Positions 32,017 to 41,946 of a stretch of DNA of 64,000 bases are shown in pieces; position 1 is the first letter of the stretch; every line of letters begins with the position of its first letter. The notes under the pieces were generated by a model. It saw nothing but the letters and a program-made list of their open reading frames with translations. It was not told the origin of the DNA and searched no databases. This DNA comes from an uncultured delta proteobacterium (GTDB lineage Bacteria > Desulfobacterota > Desulfobacteria > Desulfobacterales > JAFDCJ01), in contig CAVYNY010000022.1 in assembly GCA_963769935.1 (NCBI GenBank), forward strand, positions 288,001 through 352,000, in the 5' to 3' direction. The position numbers and the translations under genes are program-made.

Positions 32017-33927
32017 ATGGCTATTAGCAAAAAAGAAAGCCTCTTCGTATGTCCCAATTGTCAGGGCATGCTGCAAGATAATGAATTATATCTTCATTGC
32101 CGGGATTGCCATGATCGATTTCCCCGGCATTGCGGTATCACTCAATTTTATAAAACAGAAGAACTTTGGGATGTCGGTGGCTTCGATTGTTCCAATAGGG
32201 ATAGTTCACAAAATTGGAAGGATTATCTGCGTGCGGCATTCGCGGACGACGAACGCCGCAGCTGGGTATCTGATGTTTCCCGCACGATGATTCTTGCCCT
32301 GGCCGGCATTGAGCAAGGCATGCGCGTGCTGGATATCGGAACAGGCTGGGGCGTATACGCCATTGCGGCGGCCAAGCTCGGTGCTCAAGTTTGGGCAATT
32401 GATGCAAATCCGGCGGGATTGGGTTTTCTATCCGACCGGTGCCGGCAGGAAGGGTTGAGCCAGGTCAAAATAGCCCAGGGCACAGCTCTTAAACTGCCTT
32501 TTCCCAAGGATTCATTTGACCTTGTCATGATGAACGGCGTCTTCGAATTATTGCCGGAATATATCAATGAAGGATCACCGGAAGAAGTCCAATGCCGGGC
32601 CTTAAAGGAAGCCGGACGAGTTTTGAATCCGCAGGGGCATTTGGTTATCGCCATCGAAAACCGCTATGGCTTGCCATATTTGACCGGCAGCCCCGACGAA
32701 CATACCGGATTGCGTTTTATAACAGTAATGCCGCGTGCAATCGCCTCCCTGTATTCTTACCTGAAACTGGGAAAGCCTTTCCGGATTTATACCCATAGTG
32801 TCCGGGGGCTGCAAAAAATCATCAAAAAAAACGGTTTCTGCCTCACGCAGTGCTACGGTGCGTATCCCAACTACCGCTTTCCAGATTATCTCTATTGCCT
32901 GAACACGCCGTCGGCGGTCAGCGCCCTCAGTGCAGCCCTCCGCAGTCGCAGGGGCAGCTCGGTTTTTAGTCGACTGCAATCCAGAATCTTTCGCTTTTTT
33001 TCGGAAATATCGCGTCTACCCGAAATTCTGCTGAGAAAATACCCGTTTTCCTTAGTGGTGCTGGCTACCAAAAATACTGCTCCCAGGGCAGGTATTCCTT
33101 CCATAACAGACGTGCTTAAGACCCGCCGCAGTTGGCTGGTGCGGCGCACGAATGGAAAAGGTGCATATATTACCAAGTATGCAATCCGGGACGATTCATT
33201 TCAAACGTTTGACCGGGAAGGACAGGCTTTATCCTGCTTTGCAAAATCGGAAAATAATCATTTGGTGCCGAAGGTTGTCGAAGAAGAAATGCGCCCTGGA
33301 AGCAGAACACGGGTTTTTCAAGATTTGGGGACCGCAAATGTGCTGGCACGGCTTCAAAAATTGCACTGGGCTCCGGAGCTGCAGATCAAGGTTTTTGCTG
33401 CGTTTCTGAGCTGGCTAGACTCGGCCCGAAAAGTTCCCGCCAACGGCTTTTCGCACAAATATGAGGTTATGCCAAGAGTCTCTGAGGCTATCCGGCAGAA
33501 CCCGCGCATCGCTGACTTGGCAATTGATTTTCGGAAATCTTGCAGTTCAACGGTATTGAGCAATGCAGATTTTAACCCCACCAATCTGATTCTTTCCGGC
33601 GAAGCGCTTGTGGTTCTGGACTGGGAATGCCCTTGCCGGGAAAATCCTGTTATGGTGTTAGGGCATTTCTTTCTGCATTTGACGTTATTCGCGGATCGTT
33701 TTGCACCCGTTTTCAAGGCGCGCAGGAAAAGACCCGAGCGTTGGATCGGCGAGCAGTTCCGCCGCGCAATTGCCCAATATTCTTCGTTTGATAAAGAACT
33801 GCCGGCTTCGTTGCAGGATATAATTTTATGGATAGCAACAGATTTTTCAGCCCAATTTAATACTGCGCAGCCTCCGGTGCCCCCCCTGAAAGAGATTCTC
33901 CAGAGGTTATCGGGCGTCGAAAGTTAA
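32017..33927 (+). CDS. Zn-ribbon + SAM methyltransferase + APH/kinase-like fusion protein
   Basis: CPNC..CRDC, VLDIGTGWG, IAIENRYG; C-terminal NADFNPTNL..VLDWE. Confidence 0.75.
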   Translation: MAISKKESLFVCPNCQGMLQDNELYLHCRDCHDRFPRHCGITQFYKTEELWDVGGFDCSNRDSSQNWKDYLRAAFADDERRSWVSDVSRTMILALAGIEQGMRVLDIGTGWGVYAIAAAKLGAQVWAIDANPAGLGFLSDRCRQEGLSQVKIAQGTALKLPFPKDSFDLVMMNGVFELLPEYINEGSPEEVQCRALKEAGRVLNPQGHLVIAIENRYGLPYLTGSPDEHTGLRFITVMPRAIASLYSYLKLGKPFRIYTHSVRGLQKIIKKNGFCLTQCYGAYPNYRFPDYLYCLNTPSAVSALSAALRSRRGSSVFSRLQSRIFRFFSEISRLPEILLRKYPFSLVVLATKNTAPRAGIPSITDVLKTRRSWLVRRTNGKGAYITKYAIRDDSFQTFDREGQALSCFAKSENNHLVPKVVEEEMRPGSRTRVFQDLGTANVLARLQKLHWAPELQIKVFAAFLSWLDSARKVPANGFSHKYEVMPRVSEAIRQNPRIADLAIDFRKSCSSTVLSNADFNPTNLILSGEALVVLDWECPCRENPVMVLGHFFLHLTLFADRFAPVFKARRKRPERWIGEQFRRAIAQYSSFDKELPASLQDIILWIATDFSAQFNTAQPPVPPLKEILQRLSGVES

Positions 33928-33932
33928 CGAAA

Positions 33933-35075
33933 ATGAAAATCTGGCTTGACGCAACACCAGTGATCCATGGCCAACGGGCTGTGCGCCGGAATACCAGAAA
34001 TTTACTCGCCGCCTTAATATCACGGAACAGGGCCGATTATGGGTTGCTTTATTTTGACTGGAAAGGGAATACTTCCGGAAGGCTGGCTTTATCCCCCAAT
34101 AAGGACCTGGAAGAAAGAGTCTGCCGGTGCCCGATGCGCCTCCTGTTGCCGTGGTGGCGAAGATTCGGAAAACCTGCCATTGATCGTTTTGTTGGAAAAA
34201 TAGATCTGCTCTATGCCCCGGATCTTTATTTTCCGCCCGTGCGGCATGGGCGCGTTTTGAGCACCATCAGAGGGGTGGCTTACCTGGCCATCGAAGGGTT
34301 GCTCGATCCAAATCATCATCAAATGCTTACAGAGGCCTTTTCCTATGCTTGCAAGCGAAGCGATTATTTTTTGGCAGTGTCGGAAGCTACCCGCCGTGAC
34401 CTTCTGAATTATACCAATCTACCTCCGGACCGGATTTTTGTTGTGACCCATGGCGTGGATCCGGTGTTTAAAAGGATGCCGCGGGAAAGTGCCAGAAAAA
34501 TGGTCCGGGAGAGATTCAATATACACCGGCCGTATTTGCTGTATGTCGGTGCAGTCGCAATTCATAAAAACGTATTTGGTCTCCTGGATGCCTTTGCCAG
34601 GGTTGCTGCTTATGAAAAAGATATTGACCTTGTTCTGGTCGGGCCCGCGGAAACGGCGGCTGTTTCTGCCAAGCAAAGGGTTGCCGAAGAGGATTTGACC
34701 GGAAGAGTTCATTTTTTAGGCTCAATAGATCAAGAAAATTCAGTTTTGACTGAACTGTATAACGCCGCTGAGATGATGGTTTTCCCAAGTTTTTATGAAG
34801 GTTGGTGCGCGCCGCCCCTGGAGGCAATGGCCTGCGGCGTCCCCGTGGTTGGCTCCAATATTCCTGCGGTCACTGAAGTTGTCGGCAATGCTGCAGTTTT
34901 AGCCGATCCGCAAGATCCAGAAGCCATTGCGCATGCGATCAGCAAAGTTCTTTACGATACGAACCTTCGCCGGCAAATGATTCAAAGCGGCTGTGTTCAC
35001 GCGGCCCAGCATACATGGGAGCGCTCGGCACAGCGATTGGAAAACATTTTTGTCGATCTGATGGAGTCGCGGTGA
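33933..35075 (+). CDS. GT4 glycosyltransferase
   Basis: FPSFYEGWCAPPLEAMACGVPV. Confidence 0.9.
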   Translation: MKIWLDATPVIHGQRAVRRNTRNLLAALISRNRADYGLLYFDWKGNTSGRLALSPNKDLEERVCRCPMRLLLPWWRRFGKPAIDRFVGKIDLLYAPDLYFPPVRHGRVLSTIRGVAYLAIEGLLDPNHHQMLTEAFSYACKRSDYFLAVSEATRRDLLNYTNLPPDRIFVVTHGVDPVFKRMPRESARKMVRERFNIHRPYLLYVGAVAIHKNVFGLLDAFARVAAYEKDIDLVLVGPAETAAVSAKQRVAEEDLTGRVHFLGSIDQENSVLTELYNAAEMMVFPSFYEGWCAPPLEAMACGVPVVGSNIPAVTEVVGNAAVLADPQDPEAIAHAISKVLYDTNLRRQMIQSGCVHAAQHTWERSAQRLENIFVDLMESR

Positions 35076-36178
35076 GGTTCGCCGTCGATGCATACCATAC
35101 CCTATTTTTATCGGGGGGAATTGCCCGCTATGCACGCTCCCTGATTTCTGCAATGGCCGCAATGGCTTCGACTGAGGAACTTATTTTGTTTGTAAACCGC
35201 TTCCGGGAGAAAGGTAAAACCTGGCGGCCGGAACAGGGAAAACATCGATTGCGGCCGCTTTACTTTCCCCGCCGGCTGCTGCAAAATATCTGGGATGCTG
35301 TCGAGTGGCCTCCCATCGAATTGTTTTGCGGGCCTATCGATCTTTATCACGGACTTCATTTCGTTCTTCCACCGGTCCGCAAAGCACGCCGGGTTCTGAC
35401 AGTCCATGATTTAACCTATTTAAAATTCCCCGGCTATTTTTCCGACCACAACCTGAATGAGCGTGGGTATCGGCGGGAACTTCCCCGCAGTCTGTCTCTT
35501 GCGGATGCGGTGGTTGCGGTGTCGCAACAAACCCGGCAAGATCTAATAGATATTATGAATGTCCCCGAGGCCAAGGTGAGGGTAATCTATGAGGGCGTAG
35601 ACCCGCAGTTTTTCAATCCTATGGCGGGCAAAGCAGCGGCGGCGATTCGAGAGCGCTACGGCCTGTCAGGGCCATATCTGGTCTTTCTGGTCGGTACGCC
35701 GGAGCCCCGCAAGAATCTGTTGAACACCGTTGCAGCCGCGGGAAAGGCTGCACCTCATCTGCCCCTGGCTTTGATCGGGCCCCAAAAACCGCTGCTGACA
35801 CTTTTAGGAGGCAGTCATCGCAACATTAAGTTTACCGGTGTCGTTCCTGACAGTCATCTACCGGCCCTGCTGTCCGGGGCTGAAATATCATTATATCCAA
35901 GTCTTTACGAAGGCTTTGGCTTGCCGGTCCTGGAATCGATGGCTTGCGGTGTCCCGGTTATTGCCTCCAATCAAGGCGCTTTGCCCGAAATAGCCGGAGA
36001 TGCTGCAGTATTGGTGGAACCGCAGAATGTGGCCCGCATCGCCGCTGCCATTCTGGAACTTCTGCACAACGACGCCCAGCGCAACCGCCTAAAAGGCGCC
36101 GGCAGAAAACGCGCGGCCGAATTTACATGGCAAAAAGCAGCCGAAGCGACACTGACTTTATACCGGGAGTTGGTTTGA
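35072..36178 (+). CDS. GT4 glycosyltransferase
   Basis: TVHDL, EPRKN, YPSLYEGFGLPVLESMACG; GTG start overlaps the previous stop. Confidence 0.9.
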   Translation: MRFAVDAYHTLFLSGGIARYARSLISAMAAMASTEELILFVNRFREKGKTWRPEQGKHRLRPLYFPRRLLQNIWDAVEWPPIELFCGPIDLYHGLHFVLPPVRKARRVLTVHDLTYLKFPGYFSDHNLNERGYRRELPRSLSLADAVVAVSQQTRQDLIDIMNVPEAKVRVIYEGVDPQFFNPMAGKAAAAIRERYGLSGPYLVFLVGTPEPRKNLLNTVAAAGKAAPHLPLALIGPQKPLLTLLGGSHRNIKFTGVVPDSHLPALLSGAEISLYPSLYEGFGLPVLESMACGVPVIASNQGALPEIAGDAAVLVEPQNVARIAAAILELLHNDAQRNRLKGAGRKRAAEFTWQKAAEATLTLYRELV

Positions 36179-38046
36179 TGTGCGGTATTTGCGGATACGT
36201 GGACACCCAGACCGAAGGCACCGTTCTGCCGACGATGGTACGGTCTCTCAAACATCGCGGACCCGATGGGGCCGGGCATTGGATGAATCAAGCCGCTGCG
36301 TTGGGGCACCGTCGACTTTCCATAATCGATCTCAGCGACGCGGCCAACCAGCCGATGAGGACTCCAGATGGCCGCTATGTGATCGTATTTAACGGGGAAA
36401 TATACAATTATCGTGAACTGCGCAGAGAATTGCAGCGAGCCGGCGAAACCTTCCAATCCTACTCCGACACGGAAGTGCTTCTCATCGGCTATCGCAGATG
36501 GGGCCGGCAGATTCTTGACAGACTGCGGGGCATGTTTGCTTTTGGCGTGTGGGATGACCGTCGCCGGCTGTTGTTTCTCGCCCGTGATCGAATCGGAATA
36601 AAACCCCTGTTTTATGCGCCGGTGAAAAGCGGCATTGTGTTTGCCTCGGAGATAAAGGCGCTTTTCAAACACCCCGGGGTCGGCCAAGAACTGAACCATT
36701 CCGCACTTGATACCTATTTTGAACTGGGGTATATACCCGGACCCGCAACTATATTTCACGGAATTCGGGCGCTCATGCCCGGCTGCTGGCTTGAATACCA
36801 TGCAGGCGGTCTCCAAACTCAGCGCTATTGGGAGCCGGATTTCAGCCATGCGAATTTGGACACCAGCGAAGAGGAGCTGATCGACGAATTGGATCAGCAA
36901 CTCAATGATGCGGTCAAAAGTCATCTGGTTGCGGATGTTCCGGTGGGCGCATTTCTTTCCGGAGGAATTGATTCGAGCCTGATTTGCGCAATCGCACAAA
37001 GGTACTGCGATGAACCGCTTCAAACCTTTACGATCGGATTCGGCGGCGCAGAGGATGAGCGTACTTTTGCGCAGGCGGTCGCAAGCCATATAGGTTCCAG
37101 ACACCATGAACACCTGATAACCCCCGACATCGTCGAGCAGCTGCCCCGTTTGGTAAGATACCTGGATCAGCCCTTGTTCGACAATTCAACCCTACCCACT
37201 TATCTAATCTCTGAGCACGCGAGTGCCCGGGTCAAAGTGGTTTTGTCCGGAGATGGCGGCGATGAGCCTTTCGGCGGTTATGACTGGACCCGGTTTGCAT
37301 TGACTCTGCCTGGTTTTTCCCTTAAATGGCAGCCGTCCGGCTGGCAGTGGGCCTACCGGAAGGGCTCCGCCGGCTTGTTGCAGCGGTTGATTTACGACCT
37401 CGCCAACTCTGAGAATGAACGTTACCAACGTCGCGTGGCAGTATCTGAGGCATTGCGTGCCTGGCTTTACCAGCCTGAATTTCTTCGCCGAATCGGCGAC
37501 ACGCTATCGCTTTCTACGGGCAATATGCTTCGCCGCGCTCCGGTGAGCGACGAGCGCGACCGGTTCATGTATGCAGATCTATGCCGCTATCTGCCGGAGG
37601 ACGTCCTCTACAAAGTTGATCGCATGAGCATGGCGAATTCCTTGGAGGTGCGGGTGCCGTTTCTGGACCATCGGCTGCTCGAATGGATTTTACGGCTGCC
37701 GTTCGGCTTGCGGTTTCGTCATGGTCGCGGCAAGTATTTGCTTCGCAAGCTGGCAGCGCGCTACCTGCCGTCTGAGGTTTTAAAGCACCGAAAACAGGGA
37801 TTTACGGTGCCATTGGGTCGCTGGCTGCACGGTAAACTGAGCGATTGGGTCGAGGACATCTTTCGCTCGCCGTCTTTTAGGCAACGCGGCATTGTGAGGC
37901 CCGAAGCTGCGCTGGAAATGCTGGCCATGCACCGCAGCAGACGTTATGAGCTCGGTCACCGGATTTGGAGCCTGGTGATTTTGGAGGCCTGGGCAAGGGT
38001 CTGGCTGGACGGAAGGCATCCTGATGAGGTTTTGCATCTTCAATAA
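36178..38046 (+). CDS. asnB: Asparagine synthase-like amidotransferase 2
   Basis: MCGICG at ATG 36178 (TGATG overlap), HRGPD, LSGGIDSS, KVDRMSMANSLEVRVPFLD. Confidence 0.93.
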   Translation: MCGICGYVDTQTEGTVLPTMVRSLKHRGPDGAGHWMNQAAALGHRRLSIIDLSDAANQPMRTPDGRYVIVFNGEIYNYRELRRELQRAGETFQSYSDTEVLLIGYRRWGRQILDRLRGMFAFGVWDDRRRLLFLARDRIGIKPLFYAPVKSGIVFASEIKALFKHPGVGQELNHSALDTYFELGYIPGPATIFHGIRALMPGCWLEYHAGGLQTQRYWEPDFSHANLDTSEEELIDELDQQLNDAVKSHLVADVPVGAFLSGGIDSSLICAIAQRYCDEPLQTFTIGFGGAEDERTFAQAVASHIGSRHHEHLITPDIVEQLPRLVRYLDQPLFDNSTLPTYLISEHASARVKVVLSGDGGDEPFGGYDWTRFALTLPGFSLKWQPSGWQWAYRKGSAGLLQRLIYDLANSENERYQRRVAVSEALRAWLYQPEFLRRIGDTLSLSTGNMLRRAPVSDERDRFMYADLCRYLPEDVLYKVDRMSMANSLEVRVPFLDHRLLEWILRLPFGLRFRHGRGKYLLRKLAARYLPSEVLKHRKQGFTVPLGRWLHGKLSDWVEDIFRSPSFRQRGIVRPEAALEMLAMHRSRRYELGHRIWSLVILEAWARVWLDGRHPDEVLHLQ

Positions 38047-38063
38047 GAGATCGTGAGCATTTC

Positions 38064-38768
38064 GTGAGACTAAACTTATCAAATTGTCGAAGCAAACTTT
38101 TGGCCTCGCCGCATCCCACCTGGCAGTCCTCCAGGAGCCGCAATCGGGTTTGCCGGTTTTTGGAAGCGGAGGAAGCAAGGGCACCAGGGGGATTAAGACT
38201 GAATGTCGGATCGGGGGGGCGTCGCTTTGAAGTGCCTGCCATCAACCTTGATCTTTTGGCGGGTCATGAGGTTGATGTGCGGGGCGATGTCCTTCGCCTG
38301 CCTTTAAAAGATGAGAGTTTGGACTCCATCGTATGCACCGGCGTGCTCGAGCATGTGGCGGACCCGCCTTCAGCCGTAAAGGAAATCTTCCGGGTACTCA
38401 AACCCGAGGGAAGGGCATTTTTTGAGTTACCCTTTATGCAGACCTATCATGCGGCGCCGGGGGACTACTACCGTTGGACGCCGACCGGGGTGCAGCGGGT
38501 ATTGCAGGCCTTTACACTGCTCGAATGGCATCCGGTAGCCGGGCCTGCGTCTGCGCTGGCTTGGTCTTTCCAGGAAACCATGGCAATGGCTTTTAGTCTA
38601 GAACGCCAAGTTCTTTATAAGATCGGACTGCGAGTTTTTGGATATCTGGCCAAGCCAATATCATTATTGGATATTTTTCTGGAGGGCCATCCCATGGCCT
38701 GGCACGCCGCTTCAGGATTTTCGGTCCTGGCTCTAAAGCGGCGGAAAGCAGATTGCGCGAATGGGTGA
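38064..38768 (+). CDS. Methyltransferase type 11-like protein
   Basis: LNVGSGG, LPLKDESLD, VLEHV, DYYRWT. Confidence 0.85.
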   Translation: MRLNLSNCRSKLLASPHPTWQSSRSRNRVCRFLEAEEARAPGGLRLNVGSGGRRFEVPAINLDLLAGHEVDVRGDVLRLPLKDESLDSIVCTGVLEHVADPPSAVKEIFRVLKPEGRAFFELPFMQTYHAAPGDYYRWTPTGVQRVLQAFTLLEWHPVAGPASALAWSFQETMAMAFSLERQVLYKIGLRVFGYLAKPISLLDIFLEGHPMAWHAASGFSVLALKRRKADCANG

Positions 38769-39738
38769 AACGACGGGTATTGAATCCCGGTTTAAATCAG
38801 ACCCCTGGCGGCCGGCTGCAGACATTGCACGCCCCTTCGTGCGGCATGCCGATCCCGAACCTTCGCCCGGCAGGATCTGGCAGTATCCATCAACCGCACC
38901 CGAGATCCATTTGTCGGTTGTGATTCCCACCTTGGATGGTGATCGGGGCGGCCGACTCAAGCGTTTGCTGGCCCAGGTCGCAGTTCAGGATTTGGTTACG
39001 TTTGAAATCATCATCGTGAAAGGCGACTGCCGCCAGGGGCGGGCAATAAATATCGGGGCGGCCCTGGCGAGAGGCCGCTATTTAATGACCCTGGATGACG
39101 ATACGGCTCTGCCGGATTCCATGGCTTTCAGTAAATTGCAGACTGTGCTGGAAGAACACCGCGACATTGGGATCGCCGGGGGCAACAATATTGTGCCTGA
39201 AGATACCAAACCTTTTGTTCGGCGGGTGATGCAGGAGATTCCGCGGAGGTCCTGGAATATGGTTTCCCGGATCACCGACTCAGATCTGGCCGAGCATCCC
39301 TGCCTGATGATGCGCAGGGCCGAATTTAAGGCCCTTGGCGGAGAAAACGAGCTGATTCCGCGAGGCCTGGACCCGTATCTGCGGCAAGCCTATCGCCAAT
39401 CAAACAAACGGGTCGTGGTCGTGCCGGGTGTCGTTTATCACCATCTGCCGCCGGAAAACCTTCGCCGACTCCTATGCCAGTTTTACCGCAACGGACGGCA
39501 GGCTCATTTCACCACGCACCATTACCCGGATTGGGTCATCGAGACGCCGGCAGTCCATGGCGCTTTTAAAGTTAAACGATCGCCTGTTTTCAGACTCCTG
39601 CGGTTTCCCAGCCGGTTGGCGGCGGCGCTTGTGATCGGAAAACCCTTGTGGTTTCTTGCTGAGTCGGCCTACGGGTTTGGATTCATTCATGAATGGATTC
39701 GGTCCGCTAAGACACCGTTGAGGAGGTATCGCAGCTAA
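38761..39738 (+). CDS. GT2 glycosyltransferase
   Basis: SVVIPT, TLDDD (DxD), GG..E. Confidence 0.8.
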   Translation: MGETTGIESRFKSDPWRPAADIARPFVRHADPEPSPGRIWQYPSTAPEIHLSVVIPTLDGDRGGRLKRLLAQVAVQDLVTFEIIIVKGDCRQGRAINIGAALARGRYLMTLDDDTALPDSMAFSKLQTVLEEHRDIGIAGGNNIVPEDTKPFVRRVMQEIPRRSWNMVSRITDSDLAEHPCLMMRRAEFKALGGENELIPRGLDPYLRQAYRQSNKRVVVVPGVVYHHLPPENLRRLLCQFYRNGRQAHFTTHHYPDWVIETPAVHGAFKVKRSPVFRLLRFPSRLAAALVIGKPLWFLAESAYGFGFIHEWIRSAKTPLRRYRS

Positions 39739-39760
39739 AGAAAAATGAGTGCTTTAGAAA

Positions 39761-40681
39761 GTGACGCGAGGACAAATTTTGGTCGATGCCGATTTGAAAA
39801 TTATAAAGCAGAATCTCAGCTCCGATGCCCGGCGCCAGGAATGGATGGCATCGGAATCCTATTTCGCGCATTCCTGGACCCATATTTTTTATTGCTGGAA
39901 ATGCCGGCGGCTGATGATAGGGCGTACGATTCGGGATATCCTATCCCGGACTACGCCAACGGCTCGGAGAGTGATCGATCTAGGCTGCGGTTCCGGCGGC
40001 AGTATATTTGAGGTCTTTGATTTTTGTGCGGACCTGAAAGGTGTGCACTGGTTTGGACTGGATGTGGATATCGGCGCAGTTTCTTCGGGTTCCGATCGAA
40101 GTCGTTTCAGGCAGAGGGCGCGCAAAACCCAGCCGGTTGAGTTTTCAGCCGGAGATATATCCGCCCTGCCGATCGCTGATGAAAGCATCGATCTCGTCGT
40201 GTGTTCCGAGGTTCTGGAGCACATCGCCCATCCTCCCACGGCCATTGAAGAAATGGCAAGGATTCTAAAGCCCGACGGCTACGCCTTGATAACCACTCCG
40301 AATCCCAACAATTTAGTTGAGCGGATAGGATACGCCCTTGACAGGGTGTCGTTTGGGGGCTTGAAAAAGATTTTTTGGGCCGGTTGTGACGAGATTTCAG
40401 CACCTTCTCTTAAGGCCGATGTCGGCCTCGGGCATGTGTCGGTTTACCCTTACAAGACCTGGTTAAGGTGGCTAAAAGCGGCTGGCATATCGGTGATCCG
40501 TAAGGTTCGGGGCCCCATGATTTTCGGCGGTCCGTTCTTTGATCGCCATCCATTTTTCTCAGGTTGTATGATTGCAGTTGATCCGCTGTTGGACCGCATG
40601 CCTTTTAGATTTTTACTTTCAAACAACTTGGGGCTCTTTTGCCGCAAACAGTCAGAACCGGCGGGGCGAAATTTAGGATAA
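39761..40681 (+). CDS. Class I SAM-dependent methyltransferase
   Basis: IDLGCGSG, LPIADESIDLVVCSEVLEHI, ITTPN. Confidence 0.88.
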   Translation: MTRGQILVDADLKIIKQNLSSDARRQEWMASESYFAHSWTHIFYCWKCRRLMIGRTIRDILSRTTPTARRVIDLGCGSGGSIFEVFDFCADLKGVHWFGLDVDIGAVSSGSDRSRFRQRARKTQPVEFSAGDISALPIADESIDLVVCSEVLEHIAHPPTAIEEMARILKPDGYALITTPNPNNLVERIGYALDRVSFGGLKKIFWAGCDEISAPSLKADVGLGHVSVYPYKTWLRWLKAAGISVIRKVRGPMIFGGPFFDRHPFFSGCMIAVDPLLDRMPFRFLLSNNLGLFCRKQSEPAGRNLG

Positions 40682-40686
40682 CAATT

Positions 40687-41940
40687 TTGAACCTTCTATT
40701 TGTGGCCGATGTTTCCATACAAGATGTCATCGGGGGGAGCGAGAGAGTTCTATTCGAGCAGAGTTACAGGCTCGCCACTAAAGGACATAATGTGCATGTC
40801 TTAACCCGCAGACTGCCAGTCCATGGAAAAAATCAGAACACAATCAGAGGCGTGACCGAATGGCGCTATGCTGTTAATCAGAAAAACGATGTCTTCTTTA
40901 TCTCGTCCACCTGGCGAAATTCTGCCCGTTTGTTTGCGTCGCTTCATCAAAAATTTCATTTTGATTGCATCAATTTTCACCAACCTTTCTCTTGCCAGGG
41001 TGTACTGAATCTACCATTATGCCGGAAGATCCCAAAGATTTACACATGTCATTCACTTTCTTTTGAGGAATATATTTCCAGAAATCAAACGGACGGGGGA
41101 ATTACCCGCCGGGCCATTCATCGGTTGAATGTATTGAGCCGTAAACTGCTGGAAAGACGTGTGTTAACACGGTCGGATAAAATTATTGTACTCAGCAGCT
41201 TTACAGCGCAGAAGCTAAAAGAGATCTACCGTATATCGCCTGCGAAGATCTTTTTATTGCCCGGCGGCGTTGATTTAGACCGATATTCCCCCTCCGAAAA
41301 CAAGGCGGATATTCGGCGCGCCCTTGATATTCCGGTTGGCAAGGTGATATTATTCACGGTGCGCAATCTGGTGCCCAGAATGGGTCTGGAAAATCTCCTT
41401 TACGCCTTTGCTATAGTCGTCAAGACCGTACCCGATATATATCTTGTCATTGGCGGAAAGGGGCCATTGCAAACAGATTTGTCAGCCCTGACCAGGACTT
41501 TGGGATTAGAAAAATTGGTTAGATTTACCGGCTTCATCCAGGAAGAACAATTATGCGACTATTACCGCATGGCGGATATTTTTATCTTACCGACCCGGGA
41601 GCTCGAGGGCTTTGGTTTGGTCACCCTGGAAGCCATGGCATCCGGGGTGCCTGTGTTGGGGACCCCGGTCGGGGGAACCCGGGAGATCATCGGCCGTTTT
41701 GATTCAAATTTTCTTTTCCAGGATACAAGTCCTGATTCAATGGCTGATTTAATTTTAGAAAATTATCACACTATCACCGGAAACCCTCAAAAATGGCAGG
41801 CAATCCGTCACGCATGCCGGCTCTTTGCGGAGGCGCACTATTCCTGGGAAAAAAATGTGGACTCATTAGAGGAATTGCTTGGGAGACTTTCAGACCGTCC
41901 AGAACGGACAGGATCGATCGTGACTAGTCAAGCAGGGTAG
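40687..41940 (+). CDS. GT4 glycosyltransferase
   Basis: GGSER, EGFGLVTLEAMASGVPV; start codon uncertain (TTG 40687). Confidence 0.9.
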   Translation: MNLLFVADVSIQDVIGGSERVLFEQSYRLATKGHNVHVLTRRLPVHGKNQNTIRGVTEWRYAVNQKNDVFFISSTWRNSARLFASLHQKFHFDCINFHQPFSCQGVLNLPLCRKIPKIYTCHSLSFEEYISRNQTDGGITRRAIHRLNVLSRKLLERRVLTRSDKIIVLSSFTAQKLKEIYRISPAKIFLLPGGVDLDRYSPSENKADIRRALDIPVGKVILFTVRNLVPRMGLENLLYAFAIVVKTVPDIYLVIGGKGPLQTDLSALTRTLGLEKLVRFTGFIQEEQLCDYYRMADIFILPTRELEGFGLVTLEAMASGVPVLGTPVGGTREIIGRFDSNFLFQDTSPDSMADLILENYHTITGNPQKWQAIRHACRLFAEAHYSWEKNVDSLEELLGRLSDRPERTGSIVTSQAG

Positions 41941-41946
41941 AAAACG

